From positions 2,852,001 to 2,916,000 of the forward strand of contig OZ374558.1 of NCBI GenBank assembly GCA_977862235.1: 64,000 bases of DNA, read 5' to 3'. Below are positions 33,560 to 45,581 of this stretch, piece by piece. The notes beneath the pieces were generated by a model, which saw only the letters and a program-made list of their open reading frames with translations, was not told the origin of the DNA and made no database searches. Position 1 is the first letter of the stretch. Each line of letters starts with the position of its first letter. This stretch comes from Dudresnaya verticillata (lineage: Eukaryota). The position numbers and the translations under genes are program-made.

Positions 33560-34692
33560 AATGCGACGTTCCTTCACTCGAGTTCTCAACGTCGCCTAGA
33601 AATCTCGGTAGCTGTTTTGGAACGGTGGGCAAGCCCATTTTCTAACAAGCTTTTCCGGCACTCCTTGGAGGCTTTGATCGCGGTTATTGTTGAACAGATG
33701 TTCGATACTCTTCCCCAGCTCATCTGAAGCCGTTAGGAGCTGCAAAAATTGATCGTCTACCGGCACCGTTTCAAGGATCCGCATGAGCGACTTCCGAGCC
33801 TGGATATTCGGATACACGTCATCTGCGTATGGCGATAGCCACATCTTCATGACCCTCATTAACTTGTTTTCCATCAGCTCTTTCTTGTAACCAACTTGAA
33901 AAATGGTCTTCTCAAATTCCGAAAGTAATGCCAGCTTCTTCAAGGCAGGTTTACCAGAGTAGTAGGCCTTGCAATCGAGAATATACAATATATGCCTCAG
34001 CCGTTTTCTCCAGCAGCGCAATGCACTCTAACGTTCTCTTCTCCGCGTCCTTTTCCAAAGATGAGCAGTTCCCGTTTTTCTCGCTTTATTCAGCTGAGTA
34101 TGTTTCTTTTCTTTTCTCAGCTGGCTGTCCTCCCCGGACTCGCCTGCTTTTCCATTTTCGCGCTGTCGCGCCTTTGTTTTACCTTCAGAATTTGGAAACA
34201 GGGGAGGCTTTGCTTCTCTGCAGTTTCCGGGATTCCGCAATCTTTCTCCTCGATTTTAGTAGACGATTAGAAGTGCTTCTCTTCTCATGTACCTTTACAG
34301 TCTTTTCGCCCCTCTCTTGTTCTTTGTCGTTTTCGGGAGTGGTATTAGATCAATCTTGGCTCAAAGAAATTCCACGTAATGCGGCTGTAATTGCACTACC
34401 ATTTGCAGATGTTGTCCTCATTTATCTATATATGTCTTGAGGATTTGTCAGAGCCCTGAGGGTTTCGTTCACTCGTGACGATTTTCTCATCTGCGATGTC
34501 AAGCATGCTGAACTGAGCTGATAAAATACTCTCCTGCATGTCTTCTTCTCTCGCTTGCTCATCGGCTTCAGCTATAGAATCTTCTTCCTTCCCCAACAAT
34601 GGCGGCGAATGAAGCGGCAGAAACTTGTTAAAATCTTCATATTTAGTATCAGATGTAGATATTGCCGTCAGAATATCGCTCTTGTTGTCCAT
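33560..34692 (-). pseudogene. IWS1: Degenerate IWS1/Spn1-like elongation factor gene
   Basis: KPALKKLALL...LMRVMKMWLSPYADDVYPNIQARKSLMRILETVPV...LGKSI...LVRKW matches the IWS1 TFIIS-N domain; upstream charged region broken by stops and frameshifts. Confidence 0.7.
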
Positions 34693-35409
34693 TTCGATCT
34701 CGCTATGTTAATATAACCTCAACAGAACTACGAACCAGCTTGAACCAAGTATGCAGATGGATGGAGTGCGTGGATGAGTGCTGAATTGATTTCCAGGCGA
34801 AGAGCGGGTGTGCTAGTGATGGCTGAACAGGGGAGGTTGGCGGATCCGGATCTTTAAATCCCGGCTGAGCTCAATAGTGGAGGCGAATTGTCGACCAGGA
34901 CCAGTTTATTTTCCTGTGGCAACGCGCCTGGCAAAATGTCATAAACAGACTGAGTTTTGGAGCATGTCAATGAAATGTGATTGCAAGCTTTCAATGACTC
35001 TTGCAGATCGTCTACCTCTAAATGTGCTAACTTTTCCATATTTTGTTATAGTTGGATTGACAGGAACGGGATCACTGCAGCAGCTTTCGAATGATGATAA
35101 CGTGGCAAAATAATGGTCACTTGCGGACAGTGCCGTCTGCTGAGATGGAAAAGGCAGTACTCGGCGAACGTTATCTTGTGGACCTCACGGCGAGACCAGT
35201 GTGATGCTTGGACAATCGCAGACGAAATGACTTTTTTGAGAGGAGAAGAGTTCGTGTTGGTTTACTGGTGAGAGCAAAGACATCCGCTTGAGCGGAGGAC
35301 ATCAACTTCTAGACGAACTAAGACAAAACACCTTGATCAAAAGGAACATCATAACAAAGATAGAGTCACTATAGAAACGCCACAGAGAAATAGACTTGCC
35401 TCTTCGAGC

Positions 35410-35600
35410 TCCTGCCTACCAGTGCCGCCGTTGATAACTACCACCTTCCTGGTGTGGCTGCCGCTTGCGCAACTGGATGCTAATTGCAGGTGCTGCGTAG
35501 TAGACGTTCGAAAGGGTACGCTCGGCCGAAGTGATAAGGCTGCCTCAGACCGGTCACTGCTCGCTACTCGCCATTTTGAACCCTTCATAGGTATACACGT
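35410..35600 (-). repeat. Dispersed repeat, inverted homolog of ~52360-52550
   Basis: Reverse complement aligns with the 52.4-kb segment (translations KWRVASSDRSEAA vs KWGVASSDRSDAA). Confidence 0.7.
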
Positions 35601-36867
35601 GGTGTACACAGGGGCGAATAGCGCAACGGGCTGCAACTGTCGGTGTGGCTACTGTCCCGGGAAAGGAAAGGCTTTCTGAGGCGCCATTCCAAGTCGTCTT
35701 CGGACAGTGTTTCGTTATATGACCGGGTCGAAGCCTTATTCCAGCTGGTTTGTTGTCAGCAGCGCGGACCACCGGGGCGCCAACTGACCCGGTAGCGGAT
35801 TCGAAAGCCAATATTGGAACGTTTCGTGGCAGCAAGGATCCTTTGTCACTGCCGCTCTCTACGTTCTGGTAACGCATCGACGCTCTTAAAAATATGCCGG
35901 CAAATCCCCGGTAACATTGCCTGCGCAGGAGTAGTGAATTTGAAGAGCAGTCCAAACCTGTTTCGAAACAACGAGCTTGCGCGTCGTTCACTGCACTACC
36001 GCTATTACTGGTACCGCACATCCTTGGTATGTTCCCTCAGACGGCCTCTGCGATCTCCGCCTGCACTCATGCGTTTTGGTGCGCCCCGCTTCTTCCGCCA
36101 CAGCCGCGTAATGAACGTTGAGCAGCAACACACACACACACACACACTCTCTCTCGGACCATTCCTCCCCGCCTGGTAAGCAAGCATATAGACCTTGGAA
36201 ACAACCTTTCCTTTTGTCATTGTCAACACGCCCCGTACCCAGCCGACCTACCTGCACCTTCGTTCCTCGCCGAGACATAAACTACGGCGTGGTCCAAGTA
36301 TCGCTTCACGATCGTCGCACAATGATGTGTTACTAACATGTATCCACATGAGCATCGTTGTTGGCCTAGGGCAGAGTGCACACTGCCATGTGGTGCAGTA
36401 CTATACGACAGGAGGTGCACATGTATTCGAACCCATCATCTTCATACACCACCAACAACAACAACAAACACAACACCGCCCTGCTGACCCCAAACGCTCT
36501 GGTCGTTAGCATGCCAACGCACACCCGCGCCTGCCTCCTGCCTTCGCCCTCCTATACCCGCCCGCCTGCCCGCATATTCTCACTCTCGCAAAAAAACTCG
36601 ACCCACTCGCATAGCCCGCAAATTTATCACTCCTGCTTTACCCTGCAGACCCCGCTCCTCTAAAAGAGTTCACAGTGGTCTTTAATGTGCTAATCCACAC
36701 CGGCAGCACACAAATTCCCTGCCCTATTTATGCAGAGCTCATCTATGCGTCCTCCCTTGCCTCCGCACCATAGTGCGTACTTCCTTCGAGCTAACACGCA
36801 CGCGCACACACGCACGCACACACACACACACACACCCTCCACACCAACCCTCAACCCTAATCCCGCA

Positions 36868-38208
36868 ATGTCTTCCACCTCCACCTCCACGCCAATCACC
36901 AACCCCTCAATGTCATCTTCCACACCAACTCCCACCATGCACTCCTCCTCATCCCCCTCTCCAATTTCCCACCCGCACCCACAAGGTCCGTGTTCCTCCT
37001 TCTCTTCCTCAGAATTCTCTGACCTGCCGTCCTACGGCGTGACCTGCCGTCCAACAAAGGGCGTAATATCAGCCTACCTCGACTACATCCGCGTCGGCAG
37101 CATCCCGGCCTCCGACTTTATGCACAAGCGCAAGCTCGGCTCGGGCGCAATGGGTACCGTAAGTCTCGTCGAGGTCCGCCCAAATTCATTTGCTGAGCAA
37201 GTTCTCGGCCCGGGTCTCTTTGCTCTCAAGGCTACACCGACCCGAAACATTACCTGGGACCACCTGCAGCGCCTCCGAACGGAGTTCACCGTTCACCACG
37301 CCCTCTCCCTAGCCCACGCCCACCACCCGTACCACCGCGCCGTCGTCTGTGCCCTCGAGGTCTTCCAGGACCCCTTCCATTTCTACGCTGTCCAAGAGTA
37401 CCTGCGCGGGCCCAGTCTGGGTACCTGGCTGCAGAAACTTGGCCACGCCATTCCAGAAAATGTTGCCCTCAAGCTGATATGCGATGTCCTCGAGGGCCTT
37501 GTACATATCCACGACGCAGGGTGCACCCATCGTGACATCAAGCCGGACAACCTCGTCTTCGAGGAGCTTCCTGAGACCGGACGTCCTCTTCCACGACTCG
37601 TCATTGTCGACCTCGGACTGGCCACTGACCAGAGCCACAGCACTGAGGAGTGTGGTACACCGGGGTTTGTCTCCCCAGAGATTCTGCGCGCGGCCCAGCA
37701 GACAAATGCAGAATACCGCTCACAGCCGACCGACTTGTGGAGTGTCGGGATCCTTCTGTTCGTGATGCTGGCCTTTCGCTATATCATCAGCCCGTCGCTG
37801 GACCGTCTGGAATTTCTGAGCGCTGCGGAGAAAATCGCAGAACCACTCGAATCCCGCTTAATGGATGGCGTCTCGAACCAGACCAAAGACCTTATTCGAG
37901 AGTGCCTAGAGCTCGACCCGGAGAAACGCCCTACGGCGCAGGAGGCACTTGATGAAGCGAGATGGATCCTCGGTTTGCATGAAGATGACATAGCCGCATA
38001 CTGTCAACGCGCTCGCAAGGGGAGACGGTCGAGACGCACAGCAGTACTGCAACGACTCCCACCTGTACCGCTTCTGCCGCAACGAATTCTAATGCGACGA
38101 GTTTTGCCAAAAAGTCTGCAATCGCTACACCTCCTGCCGCGACGTGTTTTTCGCGCTGTAACAAGTCTGTGTGCAAATCTGAAGAAGGGCGGCAAGAAGG
38201 CTAAATGA
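36868..38208 (+). CDS. Ser/Thr protein kinase (CAMK-like), copy 2
   Basis: Near-identical to 30887-32185; shared promoter-like region (TATTTAT ~36725) and 3' flank up to 38365. Confidence 0.9.
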   Translation: MSSTSTSTPITNPSMSSSTPTPTMHSSSSPSPISHPHPQGPCSSFSSSEFSDLPSYGVTCRPTKGVISAYLDYIRVGSIPASDFMHKRKLGSGAMGTVSLVEVRPNSFAEQVLGPGLFALKATPTRNITWDHLQRLRTEFTVHHALSLAHAHHPYHRAVVCALEVFQDPFHFYAVQEYLRGPSLGTWLQKLGHAIPENVALKLICDVLEGLVHIHDAGCTHRDIKPDNLVFEELPETGRPLPRLVIVDLGLATDQSHSTEECGTPGFVSPEILRAAQQTNAEYRSQPTDLWSVGILLFVMLAFRYIISPSLDRLEFLSAAEKIAEPLESRLMDGVSNQTKDLIRECLELDPEKRPTAQEALDEARWILGLHEDDIAAYCQRARKGRRSRRTAVLQRLPPVPLLPQRILMRRVLPKSLQSLHLLPRRVFRAVTSLCANLKKGGKKAK

Positions 38209-39921
38209 AAGTCTAACGAGGGTTCGGGCTCCTCTTTAGTTAACGTTACAACTGGAATAAATGCATTATCACTTTTCTTGCACCACGTCTGGCGCAAAAA
38301 CAAACCTGACAAACAACCTTGACATTTTCGCCAGCGTAGCGAGCGAAGGATATCAATGTTGGATTATGTCCCCTCGCTTTCTTCCTCTGACGAGAACGCA
38401 CTAGTGGGCGGGTACGTATAGAAATCGTAAACAAGTTTACGAAGGTTTGGGCCAAGTGATGGCAGGGGTTACTCTAGTAGCCATGTTGATATGGAAGCAT
38501 AGTAGCTGCCAAGTCCAGGACGAGCGCGTTTTCCGCATAGTAGCGGAGGCCCCTCCCAACTGCACTGTAGGCAATGCTATTTGGTTCCTTGTCTGGCTTT
38601 TCATGCACCTCTGTGATTTCTGTTGCAGGTATGTTCTGCAGCTTCCTTGATTGGAAGAGAGCACTTTTTAGTGCACATTACCACTGTCATGTGACAAAGG
38701 GTGGTCTACCTGCTGATTAGCATTTTGGAGTCCATAGTATGGCTTGTGCTGAGAAAAGGCTGCCTTGGTTGGCAGTGAGCACTTTGAAGTGCAACTTTCT
38801 GGTACTGTGCGGCAAGCACAGTCGGCAGTTTCGATTTTCTGGTACTTTTGTCCTGTTCTTCAGTTACCCTGATTGCCAGTAATCTCTTTGCAGTGCAAAC
38901 GTTCCTAGCTGTTATGTGCTAGTGAAGTTGTGTAGCAACTTAGTACCTCAGTCGTTTGAATGATTCAATAGCGTTTCGTGTGCATCTTTCTTGATCGTGT
39001 GGGTCCACGATCCAATTTGGCTCTTACCTCGATGGGGACGAATGCTCGTAAAAACAATTAGCGAAAATGTCGCGAAACAGCAAAGCGTGTTCCTCAATGC
39101 GCATACGGTCTGGGCTTGCTAACGTTAGTGTCTGCAAAAAGGCCCTGCCATTCTTGATGCACAATTGATATAGTTGCGAAGGGACTTTAGGGAAACCCAG
39201 TGTCCATGAAGAGCGATAGCTGAGGCATCCATACCATTGCAGTAGTTGTGAAGCGCACCCCCAATGCGGGCGGAATGAGGTGTGATACCTTTGGGAAATC
39301 CAAGTGCTTCCGCAGCCGATGTACTATCTGTTAAGTACCGGTTGTGGGAAATGGGAAACATCCTTTGAGAAGATCAGGGGAGCATGGATAATGTTGTTAG
39401 GGCCTGAACGACTTTTTTGTCGCGCAGTAAATTGAACTGTAGTGATCCTGTCTTGGCGTCCCGGATAGAAACACCAGCACTGTTCTTCGTTCCAATAGGC
39501 TTCAGACGGACATCACCGGGTAGAGCTACATCGTTCCATCTTAATTTTAGAACTTCTGAAGCCCGTAAATATCCCGCCCATGCCGCGACTAGTGCTATCT
39601 CACTACATGTGGAGTCCTGTAGGAAATCAGTAGGTTTAAAGAGCTCGAGCTCTTTGGTCATGAAATGTTTTTGATTGGCAATGCCGGTCGCGATGGAACA
39701 AGGATTTTCCAACAAGGATTGCCCGACGTAACTGTTGCAAATTTGATCGAAAACTAGGATAAACAAATTGTAGGTGCGAAATGATTTTCACGAGTTCTTG
39801 TCGTTTTCCGGGAGATGGGTCATTCATGTAGCACTTTTGTACATATCGCCACAATCCCAAAACGTCCTTCGCGAGAAGCGCGGGATTAGATGGAATCAGA
39901 GGGATTGTATTACGAACTTTT

Positions 39922-41628
39922 TGTAGTGCCAGGGGGGGTCCCCCGTTTTCGCTTTCAAGCGGGTTGATATGCAGCGTCTACCGACGGCCGGCCGCCACAC
40001 CAACGGCGCGCTCAACCCGCCGGCGGCGCAAACACGTCACCGACGCATGCTGCTGGCCACTTGGGCCAGAACGGCTCGCTTGGCGTGCGGACCGCACGCC
40101 TGAACCCGGGACACTGTACGGCGCCACGCGTACGCGCATGGCACAGTGGCGGGAACGGTCGCTGTAAACGTGGCCCGAATCCGGATCCAATCGGGATCCC
40201 ACATCGGGATCAGAAGTCAGGATTAAGGGGTGTAAGGCACGCCCGTGTAAGCCTGGCGCATCCGCATGGCTGGCCCGAATCCGGACTGGATCGGGATTGG
40301 TGCGGATCGAGATCGCACGCGCCATGGGGCGCATGCGGCTGTAAGGAAGTAATCCACGTGTAGAGCGGGGAAGCTGTGGTGCAACGCCCAGGTCCTCTCC
40401 GAGCTGGGGGTTGATAACCCCATTTTTGCGCGTGATCGCTCGAGGGCGTCCGCGACGCGCGCCACCAAGCTGGGCTTTCCCATTGGACCGTGGCTGACCA
40501 CTACAGTGGGCCCGCGCCCACACTTGGGGCTTTCCCCCGCCGTCGCCTTTACAGGGCCGCACTCGCCGCCTTACAGCCACCGCCACGCAAGCGCGCGCAA
40601 GACACGCGCAACACGCGTGACACGTGCACACGCGCACACGCACGCGTCATTACAAGTCTTACAGCGTGCTGGTGTCGGTGTACGTACAGTAGGTACACTG
40701 TGCTACTGTAGTGTTATTTTATTGTACTCTAGTGCTAGTTTATTTGATAGTGTACAGTAGCCCTAGTCGCCACCGCCGCGGCCCCGCCGCCGGCGGTGGG
40801 ACTTAAGGGGCTAGGACCGACCTCCTACAGTAAACCCAACCAAGCTTCGGCTCCACACTTAGGGTACCCCCTACCTCCGTGCGCTTGGCGAGTGAAGCCA
40901 TCGCGGAGCTGGGGTACGTATGCCTGTGGTGTTGACACCCTTTTCTACCTTCGTGTTCACACGCTTGTTGTGCCAGTGCCTCCACCTTCTGGCTCACTGC
41001 GTGCTCACACGGGCTTGGTGTGTGTTTACAGTCCGCACACTGGGGCCTTCCCCTTGCTCTACCCTACCACGCACCGACGCGCTCACACGCGTCACCGCGG
41101 CTACCCTCCCACGTCGGACTCGTGGGTTGTGTTGGTTGCGACCCTCATTCGGAGGGTTGCACTACAGAAGCTACGCGTGATTTGTCAGGAGCGCGGCTGC
41201 ATGACGGACGGATCTGTCAGACGCTCCTCGGGACAACACGTGTCCCGAGTTCCCGCGTGACGCGTACATCCGCGTCGCCGCCCGCCGCTAGGTAATTCTA
41301 GACTTAGTTGATCCGTCTCAGACGTCACAGTAAACCCCGGCAAGCCGGCCTTGGTCCAGACTTCCTCGTTCAGCACGCGCGTACCCTACCGCTGCCTACG
41401 GCTAAGCGTCTACCTCCCGTGCTTCCACGTCTCTACCCGTCCTTGACGTGTTCCCTTTCTGTTCTCTTTTGTTCTTCTTTTCCGCCTCGGGCGTTTACAG
41501 TCCGCCCAAGGCGAGTCAACTGCTCTACCACAAGTCACCCAAGCCGAGGATACTCACCGCCACGGCCGTCGCTACCCACCGAGTCCCGAACTGCTCGGCG
41601 GTGTTCCGTCAACGACGTTTGCACTACA
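39922..41628 (+). mobile_element. Solo LTR (family A) containing a nested solo LTR
   Basis: TGTAGTGC...GCACTACA termini; TSD CTTTT at 39917-39921 and 41629-41633; 3' part homologous to 5588-6170. Confidence 0.88.
40375..41166 (+). mobile_element. Nested solo LTR (792 bp)
   Basis: TGTGGTGCAAC...GTTGCACTACA termini; TSD GAAGC at 40370-40374 and 41167-41171; CAGTAAACCC motif at ~40828. Confidence 0.9.
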
Positions 41629-42031
41629 CTTTTTTGAACGTTTTTAGGTACGCCTTCCTTGCTTACAACTTCAGAGTAGCCGCGATTAGGGCGTTTTCGT
41701 GTGCTGTAAAGCCTGTACGGAAATGAAAAGGTACTACTAAGGATAGAGAGCAATGCCGATCGTTCTACGGTTTATCGATCATAAGCTATCAACGATACTT
41801 TCGTCGATACTCTGTTATAGATATCGTATGAGCAATCCCGATATGCCATCAGGATGAATGTGCTCAAGCCAACGAGAACAGGACCAACGCAGAATGTTCG
41901 AGGCCTCCATATAAGGACAATAACAGTCCTGGAGCCACGAATCTACCGTGGTAAGTTCCGTCCTTTCTCTTCAGAGTTGTTCTCTGAGTCGAAAAGAGAC
42001 GCTGGTCACTTACAGTGTGAACCTTCAGAAT

Positions 42032-42495
42032 ATGAGTAATGCTCTACCAACAGATCATTTCCTCAGTCCGGAGGCGACTGACTACATTGACGTTATTAAT
42101 CGCCTTAGTGCTCTTCAACTCGCTGGAAGAGCACCACTTTGGCCCCGATCGGGGTTCGTACAACCTAATCAGACAGGCTATTTTAAACCAGAGACAGTCT
42201 TGTACCGCGAGACCTACCGCAAAGACCGCCGCAACGGCAAAGAGCTGGAGTACATCCACTCAGCAGGCGCCTGGGTCGAACAGGCTCTCGAAGCGTTTGT
42301 CCTGGCTGAGGTCGAGGCTGATGCTGCAAAACAGGGACGTCTCTTTAAACTTGTTTTCCTGTCTTTGGAAGGTGCCAAGGAGGTGCTAGCGATGCGCACG
42401 GCGCATTTCAAGACTGTTTTGGAGAAGGGCCCTGCAGTTGCTCGACAGTTGGCTGACTTGGTCGAGACAAAAGTGGTGGCACAAAGGGAAGGTCA
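42032..42495 (+). pseudogene. Truncated ORF, possibly the gag-like ORF of the YR element
   Basis: Protein-like ORF (MSNALPTDHFLSPE...KELEYIHSAGAWVEQ...LAMRTAHF) divergent from the YR; runs into the antisense of another element near 42495; identity inferred from position only. Confidence 0.45.
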
Positions 42496-45320
42496 TCTCA
42501 TAACTTCAGGGACTACATCCCTTTCGCGGATTACGCGTCGCATCTGCAATTCCAGAAAAGCTACACGATGCTTCTCTTCATCGCGTTCCTTCTGTATGAC
42601 CTCGATGGCTCTGTCTCGTTCAACGCACCGCGCGTTGTCTACGATGAATTGAATGTCTGCAATAGCCATTGCGGCTTCTGTCCTGGAGAGGTAGGCAGCC
42701 TCCATGGCTTCATTCAATTCGTGATGGACCGACTCTAATTGGTCCCCTAATGAATCCCCTTGTGGTATAGACGCTATCCGTGAAACGACTCCGTGGCCTA
42801 CGTGAAAATAATCGAGAAATACGAATTTCGAAATGACTCCGTGAATGCGCACGCCACGATGGCAAACGTATTACAGTGCGCATACTGTGCGCGCGCCACG
42901 ATGGCATACGCATTACAGCACGCACGTGATACGAAATCGCTGACACCTCCGGACGAATCCCGAGCCGACTTCGTGATCGCGCGCGCCACGATAGCATTCG
43001 CATTACAGTGCGCACCCGATACGAAATCGCTGACACCTTCGTGGCTTTCCTGTTGTTTCCCGCGCGTAACGGCACCGGGGCCCCCGAGACACGCGCACCT
43101 CCGTATGCATCGCTGGCGCACTTCGCAACCGCCACCATACGTGAGGCGACCGTTCGTTGGCACCGAGGCCGTTACGAATCATTCGAGTACGAACCGTCTC
43201 CCGCGTTGACGCGCATTCGTGCTCACGTAGTACTACTTAGCCAGTCGTCTGGCACAACCTCCGAGGGTTTCCGATAAGCGACTAGCGCCCGGACCTCGGA
43301 GTCTTCGGTAAACGCCTCTTTCTTCGAGTTCGGTGTCTTCGTCTTCGTGACCGCGGATACGGTCGAGCCTCGCTTTCGATAGCCCCGCGCACCCGGAGTC
43401 ATCCCCGGTGATCGATCGCTCGAGTTCTCCCTTCCGCACACGAATACGTTGACACCGTGGTCCTTCGTGTTGGTCGCTCCGCTCTACCACGCTACCACCC
43501 CTTCTCGTTTCTCCATTCGGCTACGAGGCCATTCGTTAGGCTCCGAGGCCATTCCTTACAGTGTGAGACTTCCCCGCGTCACCGTGGACTTCGTTATACC
43601 ACAACTTGGGCGTGTACGGTCTTGACCCTTTCCTCTTCTCAACCCCTCAAGAGGCGTTGTTGGCAACGAGAGGTGACTATCTCCTGGCACTTAGCCAGTA
43701 GCTGATCGTCCCGGCGAGCGGCGGCGTCGTCGAAGTAACGTTTTACCTTTGTGAGAATTTCGTCCGCCTGACTTTCAAGCAGCGCCAATACGCTCGTTCC
43801 GAGAGCGTTTTCGATACTGTTCTCAACCAGGTGACCAATCTCATGCTCCGTGAAGCACCGTTGGTCGGTTGAGTTTGCCTTCGTTCTCATCAGCATTCCG
43901 ATATCTGGCGGAAGCGATGGCGTCGTTTCTTCTTCTAAGGCATGCCCCCTGTCTCATGCTGGCTATAACCAGCTTGAAGCATTGGCGGCGGCAGCATACT
44001 AGGGTCCGGACCCTCATTCGCACCGATTTCGGCGGTGCTTGCGGCTGCGGTCCGGACCGTCTTTTCTCCTTCAGGGATCTGTCCCTTTCCATGGGCAGAA
44101 ATAGGACATCGATTCAGAGCGCCTATGGCACCACGCGTTCTTGCTCCCGTGGTCCTCACAGAGGATAAGCTGCCGGTACGGCTACCGCTTTGGCCCGTTA
44201 AGCCTGGCCGGGTAGTATCACCGTTAGATATCGGCATCTTAAAACCTTAAAACATAGGATTCGGTCCTGTGGTTGCACTAGTCGGGGAAGTTATCCCTAG
44301 GATGGCAAACGTCTCAGAACCGTAGGTCTTGGGGTTTCGAGCGATTCTGCCCCCGTGGCACTTCCAACGTGCGAGCCCGCCCAGCCCGGATATAGACGTG
44401 TTTTTGTTTGACAGGTGTCATGATAACGTTCAGGAAGAGTTCCTTGAAGGGGCGTCACTCGACGACCGGGATCTTCTTCCTTGTACACAATTAAAAACCG
44501 CCGAAGCGGTGGCAGTTTCTTGCTTCGAATTTGACGCCACTTCGAAGCTTGATATGAAGCTGATAAACCGTCGACACTTGGCCGACTAGGGTTTCACCCT
44601 CAGGACGTTGTTCCTTAAATTCTGACACGGGGGATTCTCTTCCTGTGGAAAGGTCCGAACGACGACTTGAGGATGAGGTAGTAAAAAGGGGCCGACCCTG
44701 AAAACGATTCTAGGTCGGGCGACCACTGTAGTAGAATGCCCGTAGGGTCAGGTAGAACGGTAGAAACACCCAGGGTACCTGTCCTATAGTCAGTACTAGC
44801 TTTGGTAGCTTGAGGGAAAAGGGGGTGGGTAGAGTCTTGGGGAAAAGGCACAAAGCATACGAAAAAGGGGAAAAGGGCGGTGCCACCCTAGGGGACGCAG
44901 AGTACGCTGTCTTGTATGTCTAGAGCGCGTAAAGCACCTGAACGCGATTGTACGGTGCGTCCGTGAGTTCCAGAAAACAAGGAAAACCCCAAACCCACCG
45001 TGGGGTTCTATTCAGGAGGCCCCTGCTGCTCAGGGGCCTATTAAGTATAGCAGAGCCGGAAATGCTCTTACCTCCTATTCTATATTCAAAGCTATTCTAG
45101 CTGTAATTATTAATCTAATAGTACTGTTGTCAGTTATGAATAGGGATTAGCGGTAGTGCCGCGTCGGACCGTGTTAACGGCCACAATAAATTACCCAATG
45201 GCAATTCGCCATCAAATTTGGTGCCAACAGGGATGCCAGCAGGGCGCATTGTCCTTACAGAGCATGGCGCTTGTGCGCGCCTTACAGCTTGATGCGCGCG
45301 TGTGTCTTACAGCTTGATAC
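42495..45320 (-). mobile_element. Truncated LTR retroelement: 5' LTR (family C, 44727-~45320), PBS and degenerate internal ORFs
   Basis: LTR homologous to 7011-7650 ending ...CTACA at 44727, followed 1 nt later by TGGTCGCCCGACCTAGAATCG; internal 42990-43610 repeated at 55140-55662 and 62744-62795. Confidence 0.75.
44705..44725 (-). promoter_or_regulatory. Primer-binding site, probably tRNA-Tyr
   Basis: Plus strand CGATTCTAGGTCGGGCGACCA reads as T-loop end, T-stem, acceptor strand, A73, CCA; adjacent to the LTR end. Confidence 0.65.
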
Positions 45321-45379
45321 GCACGCTTGACGTACAGTGTGCTGGCACTCTGCTGCGGCTCATTCTTGCTCAAACTGCC

Positions 45380-45581
45380 TAGCTCTACCCGCGCTTCCCC
45401 GTCAGCCTTCGTCCACGACGTGTTTCTCTCTTTATCTCTTTAGGCCTTTACCGCTCAGGACGTTTACAGTCCGCCCTCGGCAAGTTTCCCTAGCTCTACC
45501 ACAACCCTCGCTACAAGCGGCTACCCACCAGGTATTGAACAACCCGGAGGTGTCAATCGTTTGCAGACGCTTTGCACCACA
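45380..45581 (+). repeat. 3' fragment of a family A LTR
   Basis: CGTCCACGACGTGTTTC, CGTTTACAGTCCGCCC, GCTCTACCAC and terminal TTTGCACCACA, colinear with the other copies. Confidence 0.8.

Larger units (their letters stand above)
39125..41710 (-). pseudogene. Tyrosine recombinase of a DIRS/PAT-like element, frameshifted and split by LTR insertion 39922-41633
   Basis: GYLRASEVL (R), DAKTG (K), TPHSARIGGA (HxxR), GHW, RNYI (Y); the N-terminus LIAATLK*ARKAYLKTFKKFV is recovered by joining across the TSD. Confidence 0.85.

Noticed and set aside
36730..36867. N-terminal extension of kinase copy 2 in the ORF track
   Set aside because: The ATG overlaps the TATA-like box shared with copy 1, and the extension is a CA-rich microsatellite leader
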